Of a DNA stretch of 52,247 nt, positions 8,051 to 15,714 are shown one piece after another. Origin of the DNA: an uncultured Candidatus Marinamargulisbacteria bacterium (GTDB lineage Bacteria; Margulisbacteria; Marinamargulisbacteria; CAYINU01); assembly GCA_964364855.1 (NCBI GenBank), contig CAYINU010000001.1, positions 23,110 through 75,356 on the forward strand, written 5' to 3'. Both the position numbers and the translations under genes were made by a program. The notes beneath the pieces are model-generated. The model was not told the origin of the DNA and made no database searches. It worked only from the letters and a program-made list of their open reading frames with translations. How positions within the stretch are numbered: position 1 is the stretch's first letter; each line of letters opens with the position of its first letter.

Positions 8051-10546
8051 ATGATGGAGGGATTTGTCTTGATGCAATGTGCACATTGTTGTTCGGCTAT
8101 TGCGCCGGACGCGGCCCGAGAAGATGGGGGGCATGTGTTTTGTTGTGCGGGCTGTCTGACCGTTTACCAGTTGCTGCACACTTCGAATTTGGCGGATTAC
8201 TACACCATTCGGGAGCGGACGGAAGGGGGCCACTCATTTTTACCGCCTTTACCCGCTGCCCCTGCCGCCGATTTTTTGTATTTGGATGATCCTGCCATCG
8301 AGGTAGGTCGGTCGGGTGGTGACCGATATTTGGATTTTTATGTTGAGGGGATCCAGTGTACGGCATGTGTGTGGCTGTTAGAGTCTCTTGATCGGCTGTG
8401 TCCTGACGTTGCGCAGTCCAGGTTTCGGTCGGGACTCTCGGTATTGCGGCTGTTTTTGAGCCCGACCGGACGATTTTCGGCTGCTGCTGCAACCATGATG
8501 CGCCTGGGGTATCGGCCTCATCCGGTGACTTCATCGGCGCAAGCCAGCCAGTTGCAAGCGGAAGAAAATCGGCGGGAGCTGATACGCGTCGCGATTGCGG
8601 GTGCCTGTGCGGGAAACATGATGCTCTTTTCCGTGGCTTTGTATGCGGGCGCCACGGGACAGGCGGCTCAGATTTTTTTGTGGGCCATCTTGCTTTTGGC
8701 CATTCCCGTTATGGGGTACTGTGCCATTCCCTTTTATAAAAGTGCATGGGCGGCGGCAGGTTTTGATTTTCACGCTCAGCAAAAGCTTCGCGGTCGCCGC
8801 CGTGCGGTTTGTTTTGATTTTCACGCTCAGCAAAAGCTTCGCGGTCGCCGCCGTGCGGCTCCTCGGCGTCGGATGTCGGTGGATGTGCCCATCGTGGCGG
8901 CGTTGGGTATCGGAGTGATCGCTGGGATTCGGGCGACGGTTTTGGGTCAGCACAGCTATTTCGATTCGCTGGCGATGCTGATTTTTTTGTTATTGGCCAG
9001 TCGTTACGGGTTGCGCCGTATCCATCAATCCCATCTACAGGACACAACAACGTCTGGATTTCTGGTGCCGCCGATGGCCAAAAGGCGGATGCCAGACGGC
9101 ACACTGGCCCCAGTCTCGGTTGCTACTCTACAGCCCGGAGACGACATGCTTGTTGAACCCGGAGAGGTTTTTGCTGCGGACGGTGTGTTGGTCGAGGGAA
9201 CGACGGCTGCCAACTGTGCCGCGATGACCGGAGAGTCTTACCCCCAACAGCTGCAAGTGGGCGCATCCGTCTATGCGGGGACGGTCAATTTGGTCGATAC
9301 CGTGGTTATTCGGGTGTCGGCAGTGGGCGAGAAAAGCCGAATGGGACAGTTGCTGGCCGGGATTTTGTCCTACCCAAAATCTAAGATCGAAACGCTGGCA
9401 GATCGATGGGCCATGCGGGTGTTGGGAATGGTCATGGTAGTTGCAGTGATTTTGTTTCTTGCCCTGGGAGTGTTCGGGCACTGGGAAGAGGGATTTCGTC
9501 GGGCGCTGGCCTTGGTGATTATCACGTGTCCTTGTGCATCGGCCATTGCCACACCGCTGGCCTTTTCGTTGGGGCTTAACGCCTGCCGACGTCGGGGTAT
9601 TTTGGTCAAAGGCGGTGACGTCTTAGAGCGAATGGAATCCGTCAAACATATTATCTTAGACAAAACGGGAACCGTTACACAGGGTGATTTTATCGTGACG
9701 AATTGGCCCAAGACACTCACGGACCAGAACGATCTGAGATCCATTGCGGCACTCGAATCGCGGTCGATGCATCCGGTGAGCCACGCGATCCGACGCTATA
9801 TTTTGATTTCTACACTCGGCACTGTGGACCTCCTTGGCAGTGTGGACCCCTTGCCGGACGTAGACGATTTTGCAGAGAAAATTGGCTGGGGAGTATTGGG
9901 TAGTGTAAACGGACATCGGTATCAAATTGGAAAATCAACTACTCAGACATCCCAAAGTGAGACCACTATTTCTGTATGGAAAGATGGAGTGTGGTTGGGC
10001 GATGTGGTATTGGGAGATGCCATTCGTGCCGAGTCCAAGGACAGTGTGGACGCGCTTCGCAAAAAAGGATTTGAGATCACGTTATTGTCGGGAGATCGAC
10101 GGGACGTTGTGGAACGAGTTGGGCGTGAGCTGGGACTGACGCCGAAACAATGCCTGTCGGATCAAACTCCCGAACTCAAATTAGCCTATATCCAATCCCA
10201 TCCGGCTGCGTTAATGGTGGGGGATGGCGCTAACGATGCGGCGGCATTGTCTCGTGCTGAGGTGGGGGTGGCGGTTCATGGTAGTGTCGAAGTCAGTATG
10301 CAGGTGGCCGATGTCTATGTAGCCAGTCCGGGCATTTCTCCCGTGGTGACGCTTCTGACGGTGGCAGGGACAACCATGCGTTGTGTGCGTCGCAATCTGG
10401 TCGCGTCTGCCCTGTACAATGGAGTGGGCATCTCGTTGGCATTGGTAGGTTGGATGTCGCCGCTGGGTGCGGCATTGTTGATGCCATTCAGTTCAGTCAC
10501 TGTATTGTCCGTCGCTCTGGTGACGTTTCGCAGATGGAGATCCTAG
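8051..10546 (+). CDS. ccoI: Copper-translocating P1B-type ATPase, CcoI/FixI-like, with a 34-aa repeat insertion
   Basis: N-terminal CAHCC...FCCAGC metal-binding region, CPC transmembrane motif (ITCPCASA), DKTGTVT phosphorylation site, SMHPVSHAI and GDGANDAAAL. Followed by ccoS and ccoNOQP. Start taken at ATGATG (MMEGFV); the track ORF begins at a TTG at 8039. Confidence 0.85.
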   Translation: MMEGFVLMQCAHCCSAIAPDAAREDGGHVFCCAGCLTVYQLLHTSNLADYYTIRERTEGGHSFLPPLPAAPAADFLYLDDPAIEVGRSGGDRYLDFYVEGIQCTACVWLLESLDRLCPDVAQSRFRSGLSVLRLFLSPTGRFSAAAATMMRLGYRPHPVTSSAQASQLQAEENRRELIRVAIAGACAGNMMLFSVALYAGATGQAAQIFLWAILLLAIPVMGYCAIPFYKSAWAAAGFDFHAQQKLRGRRRAVCFDFHAQQKLRGRRRAAPRRRMSVDVPIVAALGIGVIAGIRATVLGQHSYFDSLAMLIFLLLASRYGLRRIHQSHLQDTTTSGFLVPPMAKRRMPDGTLAPVSVATLQPGDDMLVEPGEVFAADGVLVEGTTAANCAAMTGESYPQQLQVGASVYAGTVNLVDTVVIRVSAVGEKSRMGQLLAGILSYPKSKIETLADRWAMRVLGMVMVVAVILFLALGVFGHWEEGFRRALALVIITCPCASAIATPLAFSLGLNACRRRGILVKGGDVLERMESVKHIILDKTGTVTQGDFIVTNWPKTLTDQNDLRSIAALESRSMHPVSHAIRRYILISTLGTVDLLGSVDPLPDVDDFAEKIGWGVLGSVNGHRYQIGKSTTQTSQSETTISVWKDGVWLGDVVLGDAIRAESKDSVDALRKKGFEITLLSGDRRDVVERVGRELGLTPKQCLSDQTPELKLAYIQSHPAALMVGDGANDAAALSRAEVGVAVHGSVEVSMQVADVYVASPGISPVVTLLTVAGTTMRCVRRNLVASALYNGVGISLALVGWMSPLGAALLMPFSSVTVLSVALVTFRRWRS
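8762..8863. repeat. 51-bp tandem direct repeat, 2 near-identical copies, in frame within ccoI
   Basis: TTTTGATTTTCACGCTCAGCAAAAGCTTCGCGGTCGCCGCCGTGCGG plus a 4-nt joint occurs at 8762-8812 and 8813-8863. It encodes FDFHAQQKLRGRRRA twice. It belongs to the same family as 21600-21752. Confidence 0.9.
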
Positions 10547-10714
10547 ATGTGGGTTTTGATGGTCTTGATTCCGTGTTCGGTCCTGCTCAGTCTGGGATTT
10601 GTCGTGGCCTTCGTTTGGGCGACCAAACGTGGACAATTCGATGACTTGGATACGCCCCCCAAGCGTATTTTGTTCGACGATCAGTCTCCAAAATCATCCC
10701 CCCCGGTCGATTGA
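10547..10714 (+). CDS. ccoS: cbb3 oxidase maturation protein CcoS/FixS (55 aa, absent from the ORF track)
   Basis: The ATG immediately follows the ccoI stop. The product MWVLMVLIPCSVLLSLGFVVAFVWATKRGQFDDLDTPPKRILFDD has one TM helix plus the conserved GQFDDL...ILFDD pattern of CcoS. Confidence 0.75.
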   Translation: MWVLMVLIPCSVLLSLGFVVAFVWATKRGQFDDLDTPPKRILFDDQSPKSSPPVD

Positions 10715-10728
10715 ATTGACTCCGTAAA

Positions 10729-10778
10729 CCCCTTACGCTCAAAGGTTGAGTTTTGTCCTTGGCAAACTCAGTAAGGGG
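10729..10778 (+). promoter_or_regulatory. Interrupted inverted repeat in the ccoN leader that can pair with the Shine-Dalgarno sequence
   Basis: CCCCTTAC(10729-36) and TGAGTTT(10747-53) are complementary to the contiguous AAACTCAGTAAGGGG(10764-78). That stretch contains the AAGGGG SD, 8 nt before the ATG at 10787. An alternative small hairpin, CTCAA-AGG-TTGAG, competes for the same TTGAG. Confidence 0.3.
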
Positions 10779-10786
10779 TGCCTGGT

Positions 10787-12922
10787 ATGAGTCATACGGT
10801 GCGCGTCCGCGGCGAAGAATCGTTTTTTAGTTTTGACAATCACATTGTCCGACTGTTTGCACTGGCCACCATGTTTTGGGGATTCGTGGGGATCTTGTTG
10901 GGGGTCGCGATTGCACTGCAGTTGGCGCATTGGCCTTTCAATTTTGATACCTCTTGGATCACATTTGGCCGGCTTCGGCCTTTGCATACCAATGCCACCA
11001 TTTTTGCTTTTGCCGGCAATGCCATTTTTATGGGGATCTACCATTCCACCCAACGGTTACTCAAAACGCGGATGGCCTCCGATGTACTGAGTCGCCTGCA
11101 TTTTTGGGGATGGCAATTGGTGATTGTCGTTGCCGCCATTACGCTTCCATTGGGGATTACGACCGGCAAAGAATATGCCGAACTGGAATGGCCCATCGAC
11201 ATTTTGATCACGGTTGTCTGGGTGATATTTGCCATCAACTTTTTTTGGACGCTGATTAAACGGCGCGAAAAGCACATCTACGTGGCAATTTGGTTTTATA
11301 TTGCGACTATCGTTACCGTGGCGCTGTTGCATATCGTCAACTCGATGGAACTGCCCGTCACGTTGCTAAAAAGCTATTCGATGTATGCCGGCGTGTCCGA
11401 TGCGCTCGTTCAATGGTGGTATGGTCACAACGCAGTGGCTTTTTTTCTGACGACCCCATTTTTGGGTCTGATGTATTACTACGTGCCCAAAGCCATCAAT
11501 CGTCCGATTTATAGCTATCGCCTCTCCATCATTCATTTTTGGTCGTTGGTCTTTATTTATATTTGGGCGGGGCCTCACCATTTACTGTACACCACGTTGC
11601 CAGATTGGGCGCAGACCTTTGGCATGGTGTTTAGCATCATGCTGATCGCACCGAGCTGGGGAGGCATGATCAACGGACTGTTGACGATGCGAGGGGCATG
11701 GGACCGCGTCCGAAAAGATCCCGTACTCAAGATGATGGTGCTGGCATTGACGTGTTACGGGATGGCAACTTTCGAAGGGCCGTTGCTCTCAATCAAGTCG
11801 GTGAATGCACTGGCCCATTTTTCGGATTGGATCATCGGTCACGTTCACATTGGCACCTTGGGTTGGAACGGATTTCTGATCTTCGCCATTTTGTATTACG
11901 TTGTTCCCAAGCTGTGGCGTACTCCCCTTTACAGCGAAAAATTGGCCAATGTCCACTTTTGGATCGGGACGGTGGGCATTGTGTTTTATGTCGTGAGCAT
12001 GTGGACGTCCGGCATCACACAGGGTTTGATGTTGCGCGCGATATCCGGTGGACAGTTGCTCTATCCCGACTTTATGGAAACCGTCGTCCGTATTCAGCCT
12101 TTGTACTACATTCGTGCCTTGGGCGGGATAATGTATCTGATCGGATTTCTCATCATGGTCTATAACCTGGCCAGGACTATTAAAGCTGGTGTGGTTGCGG
12201 ATGAAACGGTCCGCGCCGTTTCCAACGTCGGAGAGCCGCAAGACATGAGCGACAATGCGTTTCACCGCAACATCGAAGGGATGCCTGTCTTTTTTGCCGT
12301 GTTGACCGTGGGGGCAGTATTGGTCGGAAGTATTGTCGAAATAGTGCCATCGTTAACAGCGCATGTGTATGTCAAACCCCCGGCACGCTATCAGCCCTAT
12401 ACGCCTCTCGAATTGACCGGACGCGATATCTATATCCGGGAGGGATGCTATACCTGTCACTCTCAGATGGTCCGTCCGTTGGTGGCTGACCAATTGCGTT
12501 ACGGTGAACGTTCTCATGTCGAAGAAAGTTATTACGACCATCCCTTCCAATGGGGATCTCGTCGAACCGGACCCGATTTGGCTCGCATTGGCGGTAAGTA
12601 TCCTGACCTTTGGCATTTTCGGCATATGCGAAATCCCCGAGACACTACCCCAAAGTCGATCATGCCGAACTATCCTTGGCTTTACGAGCAAAAATGGGAT
12701 CCGCAACTCTTGGCTAAAAAATTGGTGGTTATGCGACGCCTGGGGGTCCCCTACGGTGAGAGTGACATATCAGACGGCATGCAAAATGCCCAATATCAGG
12801 CTGGGGAAGTCACACAGAAACTGCAACAACAGGGGGCTCACGACGCCAAACCGGATCGGGAGATCATTGCGTTAATTGCCTATTTGCAGCGGCTCAACTA
12901 TCCCAAGGAGGACGTCCAATGA
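10787..12922 (+). CDS. ccoNO: Fused cbb3-type cytochrome c oxidase subunits I and II (CcoN-CcoO fusion)
   Basis: The N-terminal 470 aa or so is a 12-plus TM heme-copper oxidase domain. The C-terminal part has the CcoO signature YTPLELTGRDIYIREGCYTCHSQMVRP...GPDLARIGGKY...HMRNPRDTTPKSIMPNYPWL with one CxxCH. Confidence 0.9.
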   Translation: MSHTVRVRGEESFFSFDNHIVRLFALATMFWGFVGILLGVAIALQLAHWPFNFDTSWITFGRLRPLHTNATIFAFAGNAIFMGIYHSTQRLLKTRMASDVLSRLHFWGWQLVIVVAAITLPLGITTGKEYAELEWPIDILITVVWVIFAINFFWTLIKRREKHIYVAIWFYIATIVTVALLHIVNSMELPVTLLKSYSMYAGVSDALVQWWYGHNAVAFFLTTPFLGLMYYYVPKAINRPIYSYRLSIIHFWSLVFIYIWAGPHHLLYTTLPDWAQTFGMVFSIMLIAPSWGGMINGLLTMRGAWDRVRKDPVLKMMVLALTCYGMATFEGPLLSIKSVNALAHFSDWIIGHVHIGTLGWNGFLIFAILYYVVPKLWRTPLYSEKLANVHFWIGTVGIVFYVVSMWTSGITQGLMLRAISGGQLLYPDFMETVVRIQPLYYIRALGGIMYLIGFLIMVYNLARTIKAGVVADETVRAVSNVGEPQDMSDNAFHRNIEGMPVFFAVLTVGAVLVGSIVEIVPSLTAHVYVKPPARYQPYTPLELTGRDIYIREGCYTCHSQMVRPLVADQLRYGERSHVEESYYDHPFQWGSRRTGPDLARIGGKYPDLWHFRHMRNPRDTTPKSIMPNYPWLYEQKWDPQLLAKKLVVMRRLGVPYGESDISDGMQNAQYQAGEVTQKLQQQGAHDAKPDREIIALIAYLQRLNYPKEDVQ

Positions 12923-13086
12923 AATCCGAAATTTTAGCATTTTTTCCTTATGCGCACTTGGTCGCAGCAGCAAGTGGATTGTTCTTTGCCGTTTTTGTAG
13001 GCGCCATATTGTGGATTTTTCGGCCAAGAAGCGCCTCTTTTTACACCTATATGAGCGAATTGCCTTTTACCGAGGATGCCAAATGA
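12919..13086 (+). CDS. ccoQ: Small membrane subunit CcoQ/FixQ-like (55 aa, absent from the ORF track)
   Basis: ATGA overlaps with the ccoNO stop and with the ccoP start. It has a single TM helix (LVAAASGLFFAVFVGAILWIF) and sits between ccoO and ccoP. Confidence 0.6.
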   Translation: MKSEILAFFPYAHLVAAASGLFFAVFVGAILWIFRPRSASFYTYMSELPFTEDAK

Positions 13087-13661
13087 ACCAAGATGATCCC
13101 ATCAAAAATGACATCTTGCTGGATCACGACTATGACGGCATTCAGGAGTTGGACAATCCACTCCCGCGATGGTGGGTCTATCTGTTTTACCTCACGATTG
13201 CGTTTGCCGTGGGGTATGTGGGGTACTATTGCTTTGGCCCTGGAAAGTCTTCTTTGGAAACCTTTCAGGCCGACCTTGCCCAAGTCCAAGGAAAGCCGGT
13301 TCCGACGGACTCGGCCGATCAAGTTGAGGAGGCGCTAGAAAAAAAAGCCCACGATCCTCAAGCGCTGGCGGCCGGTGCGGCCTTGTTTACTGCCAAATGT
13401 GCGCCATGTCACAACCAGCAAGGACAAGGGTTAATCGGTCCCAATCTGACCGATGCATACTGGATACATGGCAAAGGGACGTTGGGTGACATCTATACGG
13501 CGGTTTCTGATGGTGTGCCTGCAAAAGGGATGTTGGCGTGGAAGACGTTGATCAAACCCGAAGAGATCCAAAACATTGTCGTCTATGTCAAGTTGCTCCG
13601 TGGTAGTCACCCCGACAACCCCAAAGCTCCAGAGGGAGAGAAGGTGGATGGGGATGACTGA
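13083..13661 (+). CDS. ccoP: cbb3-type cytochrome c oxidase subunit III, monoheme form
   Basis: N-terminal HDYDGIQELDNPLPRWW motif, one TM helix and a single CAPCH heme-c site. Start set at MNQDDP, because the upstream part of the track ORF overlaps ccoQ in another frame. Confidence 0.8.
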   Translation: MNQDDPIKNDILLDHDYDGIQELDNPLPRWWVYLFYLTIAFAVGYVGYYCFGPGKSSLETFQADLAQVQGKPVPTDSADQVEEALEKKAHDPQALAAGAALFTAKCAPCHNQQGQGLIGPNLTDAYWIHGKGTLGDIYTAVSDGVPAKGMLAWKTLIKPEEIQNIVVYVKLLRGSHPDNPKAPEGEKVDGDD

Positions 13662-15054
13662 TGAGGGACCCCATTCGTTTGAACTACCCCAAGATCGCCT
13701 CGCCACCACCACTGCCTCTGGACAGCGTGTTTATCTTTACCCGGCCTTTGTAAAAGGGTTTTTTAGAACGCGGCGACGGTGGTTGTCAGGCATATTAGTT
13801 GCCTTTTTTATGCTGACGGGATGGGTCAAAATTGACGGCGTCCCACTGTTTTGGATGGATTTAATCCATCGCAAATTTACGCTGTTTATGTGGACATTTT
13901 GGGCCGACGAGGTTCCACTGCTCGTACTTGTGTTGCTCACGGCGGTGCTATCAATTGGGGTAATAACGTTGCTTTTTGGGCGGATCTGGTGCGGGTGGGC
14001 CTGTCCTCAAAGCGTGTTTATCGATATGGTATTTCGCCCCATCGAACAATGGTTTGAGGGAAATGGCGTTGCACAACGGCGATTTAACGCAAAGCCTTGG
14101 ACGTTGGAAAAGGGCCTTAAAAAGGTGGGGAAATGGACGGTGTTCTTGGCCATCGCGCTGGTTTTGGCCCACTGTTTTCTGGTTTATTTCGTGGGACGAG
14201 ATCAATTGTTATGGATGGTCAGACAGGCGCCATGGCAGAACCCGGCTCCGTTTGGGATTATTCTGTTTGCGACCGCGTTGGTGTTATTTGATTTTGGATG
14301 GTTTCGGGAGCAGTTTTGTATCATTGCGTGTCCCTACGGCCGCTTGCAATCCGTATTGATGGATAGTGACTCCCGCATCGTGGCTTACGATTACAATCGG
14401 CGCGATTGCATCAACTGCTACCGATGTGTGCAGGTGTGTCCGACCGGTATTGATATTCGCCGTGGTCTGCAGATGGAATGCATCATGTGCACGTCCTGCA
14501 TCGATGCATGTGATCAAGTCATGAAAAAGATAAACAAGCCGCCTCGTCTGGTTCGGTATACCTCCGAGGCAGAACTGGCAGGACGACCGTCCCATTTTCT
14601 GAGGATTCGATTGTTACTGTATGTGGGGCTTTTGGCACTGTCGATCGGAATGCTGGCCTATTTTACAGCGGTTAGAGACCCGTTTATGGTCACCGTTCGG
14701 CGGGGACCCGTTCCGTATCAGATTGTCACGACTGGGCACACGCGCGAAATTGCAAATCATTTCAAATTGAATCTGGTCAACCATCGCTTGTCTTTGGCAC
14801 AGGTGAGAATCGGACTTTCAGATGACAGGGATCAACCCCTTCGGATGGTAACGCCGACTCCGGTGGTTTTGGTGCCTCCGGGTCGCACGGTTGCGTCAGA
14901 CGTCTTTTTGTTTTTTGAATCCGAGAGCTTGCGTGACGCCGTGCAAGTCCCCTTGCAAATTACCTTTTCTCATCCGGAGTCCGGCATAACGGATACAACA
15001 CGCGTGATCGTTTCATTGATGGATCCCACGGACAAAAGCGTATTTACCCCATGA
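13648..15054 (+). CDS. ccoG: Cytochrome c oxidase accessory protein CcoG/FixG (4Fe-4S ferredoxin-type)
   Basis: CGWACPQ, CINCYRCVQVCP and CIMCTSCIDAC cluster motifs, TM helices and a C-terminal Ig-like domain. Start at MGMTDEG overlaps the ccoP end. Confidence 0.85.
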   Translation: MGMTDEGPHSFELPQDRLATTTASGQRVYLYPAFVKGFFRTRRRWLSGILVAFFMLTGWVKIDGVPLFWMDLIHRKFTLFMWTFWADEVPLLVLVLLTAVLSIGVITLLFGRIWCGWACPQSVFIDMVFRPIEQWFEGNGVAQRRFNAKPWTLEKGLKKVGKWTVFLAIALVLAHCFLVYFVGRDQLLWMVRQAPWQNPAPFGIILFATALVLFDFGWFREQFCIIACPYGRLQSVLMDSDSRIVAYDYNRRDCINCYRCVQVCPTGIDIRRGLQMECIMCTSCIDACDQVMKKINKPPRLVRYTSEAELAGRPSHFLRIRLLLYVGLLALSIGMLAYFTAVRDPFMVTVRRGPVPYQIVTTGHTREIANHFKLNLVNHRLSLAQVRIGLSDDRDQPLRMVTPTPVVLVPPGRTVASDVFLFFESESLRDAVQVPLQITFSHPESGITDTTRVIVSLMDPTDKSVFTP

Positions 15055-15713
15055 TTCAACTGGGTCTGATTCCACTGTTGGGGACGACGTTAATCGCCAG
15101 CCTGTTGGGTAGTTGGCACTGCGCCGGGATGTGTGGTGGATTGGTGGGGGCGGTGTCCAGGACGCCCGCGGAACAGGCCAGCTATCATGCGGGACGTATC
15201 GTGATGTACGGGATATTGGGCGGATTGGCAGGAGCTATTGCTGGCTTTTTTTTGGATGCCGACTGGTCGCTTTTGAGATGGGGAGCGGCCCTTTTTTTGG
15301 GTATGTCGCTGGTGGGAATGGGGCTTTCCAAACTGTTTTCCGGCGGACACGTGGGGCCTTCGCTTTGGATCGCGCGATGGATGGGTCGCTGGATCCAGCC
15401 CCTGGGCCGATGGACACGCTTTCACCCTGTTCTGGGGCGGGTACTGTTGGGAGGTGCGTCTGCATTTTTGCCTTGCGGTTGGCTGTATGGGTTTGTTGTC
15501 ATTGCCGGGACAACCGGGCGCGTCTGGAGTGGCGTACTCGTCATGCTGGTGTTCGGATTGGGGACGCTACCGGCGCTACATGCAACGAGTTGGGCATTGG
15601 GTCGTGTTCGACGTGCAGCAAAACCGACGGCAAACATGGCGACAGCGGTGCTGATGGTCGTGATGGGACTTGTGACTTTAGGCCTTCATTTTTTGCCGAT
15701 GCCTTGTCACTAA
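15051..15713 (+). CDS. DsbD_2/TauE-like integral membrane protein with an HCxxMCG motif (cbb3-cluster associated)
   Basis: Six predicted TM helices, WHCAGMCGG near the N-terminus and a second Cys (FLPCGW). ATGA overlap with ccoG. Confidence 0.6.
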   Translation: MIQLGLIPLLGTTLIASLLGSWHCAGMCGGLVGAVSRTPAEQASYHAGRIVMYGILGGLAGAIAGFFLDADWSLLRWGAALFLGMSLVGMGLSKLFSGGHVGPSLWIARWMGRWIQPLGRWTRFHPVLGRVLLGGASAFLPCGWLYGFVVIAGTTGRVWSGVLVMLVFGLGTLPALHATSWALGRVRRAAKPTANMATAVLMVVMGLVTLGLHFLPMPCH

Positions 15714-15714
15714 A

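Noticed and set aside
8762-8863. Possible CRISPR array, considered for this locus and for 21600-21752
   Set aside because: The units abut directly with no unique spacers. There are only 2-3 copies, they lie inside intact ORFs, and no cas genes are present in the window.
8531-8953. Antisense and alternate-frame ORFs across the ccoI repeat (8531-8953 minus, 8643-8918 plus, 8709-9104 minus)
   Set aside because: They lie wholly inside the well-supported ccoI frame. Their open frames arise from GC-rich sequence and the repeat being open in several frames.
10715-10786. FNR/FixK box (TTGAT-N4-ATCAA) upstream of ccoN
   Set aside because: I searched this leader and the 8011-8050 region by eye and found no match to the consensus.
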